Source: Gemmatimonadota bacterium
GTDB lineage: Bacteria; Gemmatimonadota; Gemmatimonadetes; Gemmatimonadales; GWC2-71-9
Length of the DNA: 64,000 bases
Direction: 5' to 3'
Assembly: GCA_003220795.1 (NCBI GenBank)
Contig: QHTK01000050.1
Coordinates: forward strand, 670-64,669
The translations under genes and the position numbers were made by a program. The notes beneath the pieces were generated by a model that was not told the DNA's origin, did no database searches, and saw only the letters and a program-made list of their open reading frames with translations. Positions within the stretch are counted from its first letter, which is position 1. Each line of letters begins with the position of its first letter. This document shows, one piece after another, positions 29,844 through 38,442 of this stretch.

Positions 29844-30707
29844 TCATTCCAGGCCCGGATAGGCATGAAATCCCCTTCCGGTCTTCCGCCCCAAATGGCC
29901 GGCATGCACCAGCTTTCTCAGCAACGGACAGCAGCGGTACTTCGGATCCCGAAAGCTTTCGTACAGGACATCGAGCGACCGCATCACCGTGTCCAAGCCG
30001 ATCAGGTCCGCGGTTTCCAACGGTCCCATCTTGTGCCCGAAGCATTTCTTGAAGATCGAGTCGATCTGCTCGGCCGTCGCCACGTTATCCTGCAGCACAA
30101 ACGCGGCCTCGTTCATGAACAAATGGGAAATCCGGTTGGACACAAAGCCCGGCATGTCCTGGACGATGATGGCTTCCTTGCCAAGCACGGCAAACAGCCG
30201 CAGCAACGTGTCGACGGTCCCGTCGGAGGTATGGAACCCGCGAATCACCTCGACGGTCGGTTTCAGATGAACCGGATTCATGAGGTGGATGCCCACCACG
30301 TTGGCCGGACGCCCGGTGGCGCTGGCTATCTGCGTGATCGGGATACACGACGTATTGGCCCCAAAACACACCTCGCGTGGCGCCACTCGATCCAGCTGCT
30401 CATAGACCGGCTTCTTGACATGCCAGTCCTCGGTCACGTTCTCGATGATGAAGTCACATGACGCCACGTCCTGCAGATCGGTCGTGAACACCATGCGTTG
30501 CAGGGCGTCCTCCGGCGTTACGCGTGGCAGCGTCTTCGACAGCAAGGGGACGCAGCGGACGTTGTTCAACACGGCGGCTTGCGCGCGCTTCAGGATGTCT
30601 TGCGAGATGTCCACCACGACCGCGGATATCCCATGCAGCACCAGGTCGGTTACGACGCCGCTGCCGATGTTTCCCGCGCCCAGCACGCCGATCTGTTTGA
30701 ATTGCAT
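29844..30707 (-). CDS. 3-hydroxyacyl-CoA/ACP dehydrogenase (FkbK/ZmaG/ClbD-like)
   Basis: GAGNIG, ENVTE, NTSCI, HLMNP, PGFVSNR, GPLETADLIGLD. Confidence 0.9.
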   Translation of the reverse strand: MQFKQIGVLGAGNIGSGVVTDLVLHGISAVVVDISQDILKRAQAAVLNNVRCVPLLSKTLPRVTPEDALQRMVFTTDLQDVASCDFIIENVTEDWHVKKPVYEQLDRVAPREVCFGANTSCIPITQIASATGRPANVVGIHLMNPVHLKPTVEVIRGFHTSDGTVDTLLRLFAVLGKEAIIVQDMPGFVSNRISHLFMNEAAFVLQDNVATAEQIDSIFKKCFGHKMGPLETADLIGLDTVMRSLDVLYESFRDPKYRCCPLLRKLVHAGHLGRKTGRGFHAYPGLE

Positions 30708-30709
30708 GG

Positions 30710-33700
30710 TTACGACGCCTTCCGCCGCGTGACGTTGCGCCGCCGCTGACCCCGTAACGCGGCCGCGGCGGCGCTGCCGGCGCCGTCGCGCCCGCCGGAG
30801 GCCGCGCGTAATTTGGCGGCCAACAGGCTCACGGTGGGGCACTCGAACAGGCTGACGATCGACAGATGCTGCTTCAGCTCCCGCTTGATCGCGGCAATCA
30901 CCTGCACCGCCCGGAGGGACGTGCCGCCCACGTCGAAGAAATTGTCGTGGATCCCGATGCGCCGGCCCAACACCCTACTCCAGATGTTCAACAGCGCGGC
31001 TTGTAGCGTGCTGGACGGTGCGACGTCGACCGGAGCATCGAGCGGCTGCTTTCGGAGCCGGTATGCCTCGATGGCCTTTGCGACCCGGTCGATGTCGTAC
31101 AGGTGTTCCCCGATCACCTGCAGGGGCTCCGACCGATCACCGACGCCGAATCCCCAGACCTGTCGGGGCGGGCGGGCGTCCGGGTGGGGAGGCGCCGGCG
31201 CCTCGAGCCCGGGGTGCGCCGTTTGGTCGGGGTCGTATGCGAGGCTCGCCAGGCGGTCAGCGGCGAACGTCCAGGACGCGCCGGCCGGGTCGCCGTCGGG
31301 ACCGCCGATGTTCCGGATGAACTCCCGGACCGGCGCATTCTTTTCCGTCGGCCGATGGGAGAGTTCCACGAGGCGTTTGCCTTCCCTGGCCGCCTGCTGG
31401 CCGAGGTGAGCCAGGACCGCGTGCTCCACGCCTTTGCCCAACACCCGACAGCTCAACAGCAGGGTATCCACTTTGTAGCGGTCGGTCGCTGTCTCATACA
31501 TCACGACCCCGACCAGCCCGTAGTCCCCGAATCGGTCGACGACGTGAACCACCAGACAGGTGACATCGTTCTGCTGCAAGATGTCTCGAATCTCCTGCTC
31601 CGAGCGTCGGATGGTGGTGAAGTTGAATTGGTTCGTTCGGAACGTCAGCTGCGACACACGGGCGAGCTGGTCGTCGGTCGCTTCGGCGATCTCGACGCGC
31701 AGTTGCAGCCCGTTCACAAAGTCTTTCAAAGAGAGGGTTTGCTCCCGGAACCGTTGCCGCTCCGCGTTTTCCTGGTACATCCGGGTGCGGGCGCGATCTT
31801 CCTCGGTCGCACCCGCGTGATCGAACGCCCACACACGATTCAGGAACGCCGGGATCGACTCGCTGCGCTGCGGCAGCTGCAACGTCAACACGCCGGGGCA
31901 GTTGATGCGGACATCCGCGCAATCCACCGGGTTGTCATCGATGAAGATGAAGCTCTCCAACCCGAGATTGAGCTCGTGCGCGAGCGACATGACGTTCTCC
32001 GACTTGCTGTTCCAATTGATGCGCCGCGCAACCAGGTGCTCGCGCTTCAGCACCATGTCGGTCCGCTGGTCGAAGACGTCCAGCACATCCTGCTCGTTGT
32101 TCTTGCTGCACAGACAGAGCAGCATGCCGGCGTTCATGCGCCCGAGCATGAATTCCTGCAACCGGCGGAACGGGGCGCTCACTTCGATGCCCTGCGGACC
32201 GTCCTCGCCGCACACCCCCTTCCACAACGTGTTGTCGCAGTCCAGCACGATCACCTTGAATGGCGGTCGCTGCAGGTTGTAGATGGTGCGGACCAGCGTC
32301 GTCCCGATCGCCGCGTAGCCCTGCGAGGTGTACGGGATGTGACCCGCCTGATCACTGTGCGGGTCGTAGTACTCGTCGACCGGATACTGCTGCAACGGCG
32401 ACGCCGAGCGGATCGTGTGCACGTTCGGTATCGTGGCGGCCGCCGTCCGCAAGGTCTGCTCGGCCTCGTCCAGCGCCGCCTTGAGGTCGGCGTCGGCTTC
32501 CGCGGGCGGGGTCCTGGGGCAGACACACAACACCACGGGCGCCGTGGCCTGGCTCATGAACGACCGCAGCGCGGTGCAGAAGTCCCGGACGGTTCGCTGT
32601 AGGCCGCCTGCCGTCTGACGTGACTGATCCAACCCGGATGCGACGGGCGCGTCACCCCGGGTTCCATAGAGATTGAACAACCCGGCATGCTCGAGCAGCC
32701 GTTCGTGTTCGACGGCGCAGCGGAACCCCTTCTGGACGAGCAGTGCTTCGATCTGTTTGACCGCCTGCTCGGTGCGGTCGTGGATCTCGATCACAATCTG
32801 GGCGATCTTCGGCCAGTCGCGATCGTCAATGCCCCGGATGATGTCCAGCTCGCTCTTTTCCGCATCGATCTTGAGGAGGTCGATCTTGTCGATCCGGTAC
32901 TCTCGAATCATCTCCGACACGGATGTCAGACGGCACTCGTGGGTCGTGCGACTGAGCCGGTTTGCGGTGAGCTCGGTGACATATTCCTCCACCGCGTCCC
33001 CTGCCACCGACGTCTCGCTGCTCAGGGTGTTCCGCACTACCGCTTGAATGGCCTCGCGGTCCTCGGTTTCATCTGCATGAAACCCCGAGAACACGGAGGA
33101 CTTCTCATAGAAGGTCAAGGTCGCGGTCTTGGGCCGGTCCGACACACCGACGTTCAGGGCTCGGACCTGCGATCCGTAGGCCTCGCAGTTGGCCTTCAAG
33201 AGCTCATACACGGCGGGCGCCGGTTCACAGGCGTAGATCGTCGGGTTGCGACAGCGGCTCATCACAAACAACGAGAACAGCCCGATGTTGGCCCCGATAT
33301 CCACCACCGTGGCTCCGTCCGGCAAGCGGATGCCATGCTTCAGATAGCAGCGATCTTCGAAGATCTCCTTGTAGACATAGTCCGTTTCATACCGGTTCAG
33401 ATGAACGATCTCCAGGCCATTGGGCAGGACGCATCTGGTCCGGTCGCCGAAGCACTGGTCCGCCCGTTCCCTGGTGAGCGTCATGACCCCGCGCGGATCC
33501 CCCGTGGCCCACGCCTCCAACCCCAAGAGGATGACTTTGACTGCGTCGCGGCGCGTGCGGAACGCGCTGCCCGCGTCCAGCAGCTGCTGAAAGATCTGAT
33601 TGTAGGGCGCAAATTCGACGTGGATCGGCGTGCCGAAATGGTCACCCCAGAAGCGCAGGGAATCCTCTACCGGCTCAGCGGTGAAATTCGAGGCGATGAC

Positions 33701-34543
33701 GAGGTTGGCGGCCGTCGCTTCACCGGCCGCGTCGGCGCGGTCCAGCACGCTGAACGTGACGCCGGAGAGATCGAAGTACGGCGTGCCGGACTGGTCGAAC
33801 ACCCGAACGTTGCCGACGAGACTCTTGCCATCGCGTTCACTCTCCGGAAGCAGCACGGCGTGCCCCCAGAGCGTATCGGGGAAGCGGACGTCCGTTACTG
33901 CGATCTTCTCGATCGACCGCAGGATGAACGTCTTCCCCTGCTCGAGCATGCAGGACGCCAGTAACTGGGTGGCGGAGTCGAGCAGGCTCGGGTGCAGGTC
34001 AGGTTCGTCGACTGCTCCGTCTCGGTGCGCTACGGCAAGCCGCCCCAAGGACTGGTCCCCTGCCCGCCAGATCGACGCAACGTGTTGAAACCCGGGCCCG
34101 TATTGGTTGCCATTTTCACGGAGCGTCTTGTAGAACCGGTCCGAGTCGATCAGGTCATGAGACTGCGCTTGGAACGCTTCGATGGAAAACGCTTCCGTGC
34201 TCGCTCTCGGAGACGGTGCCGGGTTCCGGTCGATGTCGAGCTTGGCAGCAGGCTCCGCAACCCCTGCTTCGTAGAACGTGTATTCAACGCGGCCGTTGCC
34301 GTGATCCCCGACGTCGACCCTTACGATCGTGTCTTCTGCCGAAACAATGATGGGATTGTGAAACGTCACGTTCCGGACGAGACCCGCAACGCCCTTGGAG
34401 CGTTCACGCTCCAGGCGCAGGGCCATGTCGACGTAGCACGACCCGGGCAGCACGACCATGTCGTGGAACCCGTGATCTGCCAGGTACGGCATGGAACGAA
34501 TGCCGATCCTGAATTCGGCGGAGGCTACTTCAGTTGTGCTCAC
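30710..34543 (-). CDS. Multidomain loading protein DH-FkbH(N)-FkbM methyltransferase-FkbH-ACP
   Basis: DH: HGFHDMVVLPG / LLDSATQ. MT: DIGANIGLF, KIDAEKSE. FkbH: DCDNTLW, FIDDNP, TNQFN, LSCRVLG. ACP: GGTSL. Confidence 0.88.
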   Translation of the reverse strand: MSTTEVASAEFRIGIRSMPYLADHGFHDMVVLPGSCYVDMALRLERERSKGVAGLVRNVTFHNPIIVSAEDTIVRVDVGDHGNGRVEYTFYEAGVAEPAAKLDIDRNPAPSPRASTEAFSIEAFQAQSHDLIDSDRFYKTLRENGNQYGPGFQHVASIWRAGDQSLGRLAVAHRDGAVDEPDLHPSLLDSATQLLASCMLEQGKTFILRSIEKIAVTDVRFPDTLWGHAVLLPESERDGKSLVGNVRVFDQSGTPYFDLSGVTFSVLDRADAAGEATAANLVIASNFTAEPVEDSLRFWGDHFGTPIHVEFAPYNQIFQQLLDAGSAFRTRRDAVKVILLGLEAWATGDPRGVMTLTRERADQCFGDRTRCVLPNGLEIVHLNRYETDYVYKEIFEDRCYLKHGIRLPDGATVVDIGANIGLFSLFVMSRCRNPTIYACEPAPAVYELLKANCEAYGSQVRALNVGVSDRPKTATLTFYEKSSVFSGFHADETEDREAIQAVVRNTLSSETSVAGDAVEEYVTELTANRLSRTTHECRLTSVSEMIREYRIDKIDLLKIDAEKSELDIIRGIDDRDWPKIAQIVIEIHDRTEQAVKQIEALLVQKGFRCAVEHERLLEHAGLFNLYGTRGDAPVASGLDQSRQTAGGLQRTVRDFCTALRSFMSQATAPVVLCVCPRTPPAEADADLKAALDEAEQTLRTAAATIPNVHTIRSASPLQQYPVDEYYDPHSDQAGHIPYTSQGYAAIGTTLVRTIYNLQRPPFKVIVLDCDNTLWKGVCGEDGPQGIEVSAPFRRLQEFMLGRMNAGMLLCLCSKNNEQDVLDVFDQRTDMVLKREHLVARRINWNSKSENVMSLAHELNLGLESFIFIDDNPVDCADVRINCPGVLTLQLPQRSESIPAFLNRVWAFDHAGATEEDRARTRMYQENAERQRFREQTLSLKDFVNGLQLRVEIAEATDDQLARVSQLTFRTNQFNFTTIRRSEQEIRDILQQNDVTCLVVHVVDRFGDYGLVGVVMYETATDRYKVDTLLLSCRVLGKGVEHAVLAHLGQQAAREGKRLVELSHRPTEKNAPVREFIRNIGGPDGDPAGASWTFAADRLASLAYDPDQTAHPGLEAPAPPHPDARPPRQVWGFGVGDRSEPLQVIGEHLYDIDRVAKAIEAYRLRKQPLDAPVDVAPSSTLQAALLNIWSRVLGRRIGIHDNFFDVGGTSLRAVQVIAAIKRELKQHLSIVSLFECPTVSLLAAKLRAASGGRDGAGSAAAAALRGQRRRNVTRRKAS

Positions 34544-35237
34544 GTATCGTCCCCGGGATTGCCTTCTGTGCAACGATGGCGCCGATCAGTCCGGGTCCGG
34601 GCACAAAGCTGTAAAGCGTCCACCCACAACGGTCCCCGGGCGTCGAGTCCACGCGGAGAATTCGGGCCGGCTCACCCGGCTCAAACGAAACATCGAAGCG
34701 ATCGAGCGGGTGGGAGAGCCCGTCACCGAGCGCCTTGATGAAGGCTTCCTTACGGGTCCAGCAAGAGAAGAACGCGAGGGGCTTGTCGCTCGGGTCGAGG
34801 GCGCGGTAGGCCTCGCTCTCACGCCGGGAAAACATGCGGGCTGCGATGTCGTCGGCGTCGGGAATCACCCGCACGGCTTCGACGTCGATTCCGACCTCGC
34901 GCCCGAAGGCAAACGCATAGACGGCCACGTCGTCGCAGTGCGATACGCTGAATCGCAGGTTCGAAGCCGCGACACGTCGCGCGAGCGCCGGCTTGCCGCG
35001 TTCCCCGTACACCAGCTCGACCGAGTCGGCCCCGATGTCCAACCGCGCCGCGAGCAACTGGCGCAGACGCGCCCGCGCGACGGTAAACCGGCGGCGATCG
35101 CATTCGAAAGCAAAGCGACCGGCTCTGTGTCGCTCCTCCTGCGAGAGCAGCGCAGCCGATGCGCGGAGCGCACCCGGCCCCACGTCCAGTCGCGTCACCA
35201 CAACGTCGACGGCAGCTGCGCCTCCGCAAGCGGGCAT
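34530..35237 (-). CDS. Sfp-type 4'-phosphopantetheinyl transferase
   Basis: GKP, FSVSHC, VGIDVE, WTRKEAFIKALG; start uncertain. Confidence 0.9.
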   Translation of the reverse strand: MPACGGAAAVDVVVTRLDVGPGALRASAALLSQEERHRAGRFAFECDRRRFTVARARLRQLLAARLDIGADSVELVYGERGKPALARRVAASNLRFSVSHCDDVAVYAFAFGREVGIDVEAVRVIPDADDIAARMFSRRESEAYRALDPSDKPLAFFSCWTRKEAFIKALGDGLSHPLDRFDVSFEPGEPARILRVDSTPGDRCGWTLYSFVPGPGLIGAIVAQKAIPGTIREHN

Positions 35238-35405
35238 GGTTTCTCCGGGATCCAATGCTGCGGCGTCCCTCACGGTAGATCGTGCGGCGGCTGGGTGGTG
35301 CAAATTTCGGACTGGGAGGGGACGCGGGCACCCGTGTCCGTTCCTGTTGCGTCGACGCCACACACCGTGTGCGTTCACCACGTTGCGGCGGCGGCCACAT
35401 GAAGA

Positions 35406-36995
35406 CTAGGGCCGCAGCGATCCGCAATCGTAATGGCTTATGCTCCGCAGCGTCGGCTCGAGCCGCAAGCGCATGAGGCTCCTCAACACCGCCGCCAGGG
35501 ACCGCTGCGCAATCACGAGCTCGACCTCGCCGGGCGCCTTCGCGTAGCGACAGGGGTACAGAGCGAGCCTGCGGTAGATCCGCGCTTCGGGATAGGACGG
35601 CACCTTCATCTCTTCCATGGACCACACCCCGTAATCCAGCACATTCCGGCCAGACTCGTCCTGCGTCACGTACACGCGGATGGCGGAAGGAAGGTCACGT
35701 CGTACGCCGTCGCTGACGTAGATCTGAGCCCTCTTCGTGTCGCCAGAGAACAGCGTGAAGGAGAGATATGAGTCCCACAATTGGACGAAGCTCAACGCCG
35801 GAAGGATGGCGAACAGCACGAGGACGGCCACGTGATACCAGCCGTTCGCGGGCGAGAGGATTTGCCGAGCCGGCAGGAGCGCCGTGTTGCGAAACAGGAG
35901 GAAGTTGAAAGCGATCATCGCGAGGTTCCATGGCCACACGCCTCGATCGATGTTGTGTCCCAGCGGTCCGAGACAGACGAGGATGAAGAGGTGCATCGGG
36001 ATGGCGGCGATTATCGCGGTGAACCGCCATCGTGTGGTGATCAGGCCGATGCCGATGCCCACTTCGAGGAGCGCCACGCCGGCGCCCAACCACGCGAGGT
36101 ATTCCACCATGCCGGCGGGAATGGTGAAGAGGCCTTGCAGAAACCACGGGAAGACACCGTTGACAAAGCTCCGGTTGAGCTTATGGAGGCCACTCCAGAG
36201 GTAGACGCTCGCCACGATGACACGACAGGTGTTGAGCGCCACCGCCGCCGGGGCGGCGGGTTCCCGCTTCCAGTAGTGCAGGGCGAGGGCGCCGAGCATG
36301 AAGACGTACTGATAGAACCAGGGCTGCCACCGGGACTGGTCCAACACGCTCAGACCGCCCGCGATGATCAGGATCGCGGCGAGCGGTCGCAGCGGTCTCC
36401 GCGCCGCCGCCGCCGCGCCGAGGAGCAGGAGGAGCACGACGAACACGACGTAGTCGAGTGGAAAGGGGATCGTGGGTGAGTGGGCCCACACCGGCATGAG
36501 AGGATAGGTGCGAGAGGAGACCCAGAGTTTCTGCGACAGGAGCAGTCCAGCGGCGAGGGCCAGGCACAGTGCCAGCTTGAGTCGCTCCAGCCGGACGTCG
36601 TCCCCGACCTGATTTTCTAGACGTTCCGGGCGGAAGAGGAACCGCGAGAACCACTGACGCCTACCTGCTACGACCCGATACGCCGCCTCCACGAGCCAGA
36701 TCAGGGGACGGGTCGAGAAGACGGCCGAGAACCGTCGCCATCCGACCGCGTCCATGAGGTAGAGGCTCGCCCGACCAGCACTCAGCACCACGCCCTCGGG
36801 CGTCAGGACGTGGATGGCGTGCGCGCAGCGGCGGGCGAGCGCCTCGGTCATCGGTGGGCGTGGCGCCACCTGGTACGGGACGGGAAAGAGTCGATCGTGC
36901 CGATCCTGTCGCTTGATCCAATCCACGGCTCGACGACAGAAGCCGCAGGTCCCGTCCCAGAACACCCATGCTTGATCCGCGCGGCGCTCGCTCAT
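35406..36995 (-). CDS. Fusion of DCC1-like thiol-disulfide oxidoreductase (DUF393) and HTTM/DoxX-like multi-pass membrane domain
   Basis: N-terminal WDGTCGFC; later DQSRWQPWFYQY, VYLWSGLHKLN, WPWN, WDSYLSF. Confidence 0.7.
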   Translation of the reverse strand: MSERRADQAWVFWDGTCGFCRRAVDWIKRQDRHDRLFPVPYQVAPRPPMTEALARRCAHAIHVLTPEGVVLSAGRASLYLMDAVGWRRFSAVFSTRPLIWLVEAAYRVVAGRRQWFSRFLFRPERLENQVGDDVRLERLKLALCLALAAGLLLSQKLWVSSRTYPLMPVWAHSPTIPFPLDYVVFVVLLLLLGAAAAARRPLRPLAAILIIAGGLSVLDQSRWQPWFYQYVFMLGALALHYWKREPAAPAAVALNTCRVIVASVYLWSGLHKLNRSFVNGVFPWFLQGLFTIPAGMVEYLAWLGAGVALLEVGIGIGLITTRWRFTAIIAAIPMHLFILVCLGPLGHNIDRGVWPWNLAMIAFNFLLFRNTALLPARQILSPANGWYHVAVLVLFAILPALSFVQLWDSYLSFTLFSGDTKRAQIYVSDGVRRDLPSAIRVYVTQDESGRNVLDYGVWSMEEMKVPSYPEARIYRRLALYPCRYAKAPGEVELVIAQRSLAAVLRSLMRLRLEPTLRSISHYDCGSLRP

Positions 36996-37007
36996 CGCGC
37001 GGGCTTC

Positions 37008-37226
37008 TTAGCCCGTCTTGGAGCGCCGGGCGCGCGCGACCTTGGCCAGGTACTCTCGCGCGGCCCGCAGTGCGCGCCGCTTCCCCCCGTGGGTCACGTC
37101 GCCGAAGAACTTGCGGTACCGGGGAACGTAGCTGCCGTCGCGCCGTCGGTAGAAGTCCGCGCGCACGAACCAGCCGTACGTGCGCGTGGAGGGTTGGTCG
37201 ATACGGCTGATGCCGCGTCTCTTCAT
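37008..37226 (-). CDS. Small basic AP2-like DNA-binding protein
   Basis: GISRID...GWFVR...KFFGD..HGGKRRALRAAREY resembles the bacterial/phage AP2 domain. Confidence 0.55.
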   Translation of the reverse strand: MKRRGISRIDQPSTRTYGWFVRADFYRRRDGSYVPRYRKFFGDVTHGGKRRALRAAREYLAKVARARRSKTG

Positions 37227-37291
37227 GATTCGCCTGGAGCGTTAGGGGTGATTATTGACAATCCAAGATAGCCTCCCCAAATACCGAGCGC

Positions 37292-38419
37292 ATGGCAGCG
37301 GACCTGGAAGGCGTTGTCGCCACGTCGACCCGACTCAGCCATGTCGATGGAGAGGCGGGTCGACTGACGATCGCCGGGTACGCGGTGGAAGACCTAGCGC
37401 CGTACGCCCGGTTCGAGGAAGTGGCTTTCCTGCTGCTGTATGCCCGCCTGCCGGACCCGTCCGAGCTCGCTCGCTTCACGCAGGATCTGGCCGGGCGGCG
37501 CGCGCTGCCCCGCGCGGGATTTGACGTCCTGCGTGCCGCCGCCGCCGCCCAGGCGCCCCCCATGGACGTCCTGCGGATGGCGGCGGCCCTGCTCAGCCTC
37601 GGCCGCCAGGAGAACCCCCTGGACGACGCGCTGACCGCCATCGCGTGCTTCCCGACGATCGTGGGGGCCTACTGGCGGGTGCGGAATGGGGAAGCGCCCG
37701 TTCCGGTGCGCCCCGATCTGCCGCACGCGGCTCATTACCTGCAGCAGGTGTTCGGCGCCGAACCATCGGCCGAACGGGCCCGCGCGCTGGAAACGTATCT
37801 CAACACCGTCTGCGATCACGGCCTCAACGCTTCCACGTTTGCGGCACGGGTGATCGTCTCCACGCGATCTGACGTCATTTCGGCGATCACCGGCGCGGTC
37901 GGCGCGCTCAAGGGTCCGTTGCACGGCGGGGCGCCGGGTCCCGCGCTGGACATGGTCTTCGAAATCGGCACTCCCGAGCGCGCGGAACCGGTCATCCGCG
38001 CCAAGCTCGATCGGGGCGAGCGTCTCATGGGATTCGGACATCGCATCTACCGCGTGCGTGACCCGCGTGCCGATGTCCTGGCGCAAGCCGCGCAGCGCTT
38101 CTATTCGAGCGGCGGCGACCAGAGCCTCTATGAGCTAGCGCAGCAGGTCGAAGCCACTGCGCTGCGTCTGCTGCGTGAGCGCAAGCCGGAGCGTCGCCTC
38201 GACACCAATGTCGAGTTCTACACGGCGCTCTTGCTGCATGGTCTGGGATTCCCATCCGCGCTGTTCACGCCGACATTCGCCGTGGGCCGCGTGGTGGGCT
38301 GGTCGGCACACTGCCTGGAGCAACTGCGCGAGGGTCGGTTGATCCGACCGCAATCGGCCTATGTCGGGCCGACGGACCTTCACTACGATCGCGGAACCCG
38401 TCACACGCGGTCCCAATAA
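37292..38419 (+). CDS. Citrate/methylcitrate synthase (short, dimeric type)
   Basis: DHGLNASTF, GPLHGGA, MGFGHRIY..RDPR, NVEFY, RLIRP. Confidence 0.9.
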   Translation: MAADLEGVVATSTRLSHVDGEAGRLTIAGYAVEDLAPYARFEEVAFLLLYARLPDPSELARFTQDLAGRRALPRAGFDVLRAAAAAQAPPMDVLRMAAALLSLGRQENPLDDALTAIACFPTIVGAYWRVRNGEAPVPVRPDLPHAAHYLQQVFGAEPSAERARALETYLNTVCDHGLNASTFAARVIVSTRSDVISAITGAVGALKGPLHGGAPGPALDMVFEIGTPERAEPVIRAKLDRGERLMGFGHRIYRVRDPRADVLAQAAQRFYSSGGDQSLYELAQQVEATALRLLRERKPERRLDTNVEFYTALLLHGLGFPSALFTPTFAVGRVVGWSAHCLEQLREGRLIRPQSAYVGPTDLHYDRGTRHTRSQ

Positions 38420-38442
38420 GCCACCCGCCCTTGGTTCAGACC

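Noticed and set aside
28437..30707. Beta-oxidation operon interpretation of the two dehydrogenases
   Set aside because: The intervening NSL-type ACP, the coupled A domain and the lack of thiolase/hydratase point to extender-unit synthesis.
37255..37283. TTGACA upstream of citrate synthase as a full sigma70 promoter
   Set aside because: No convincing -10 element at 16-18 bp spacing.
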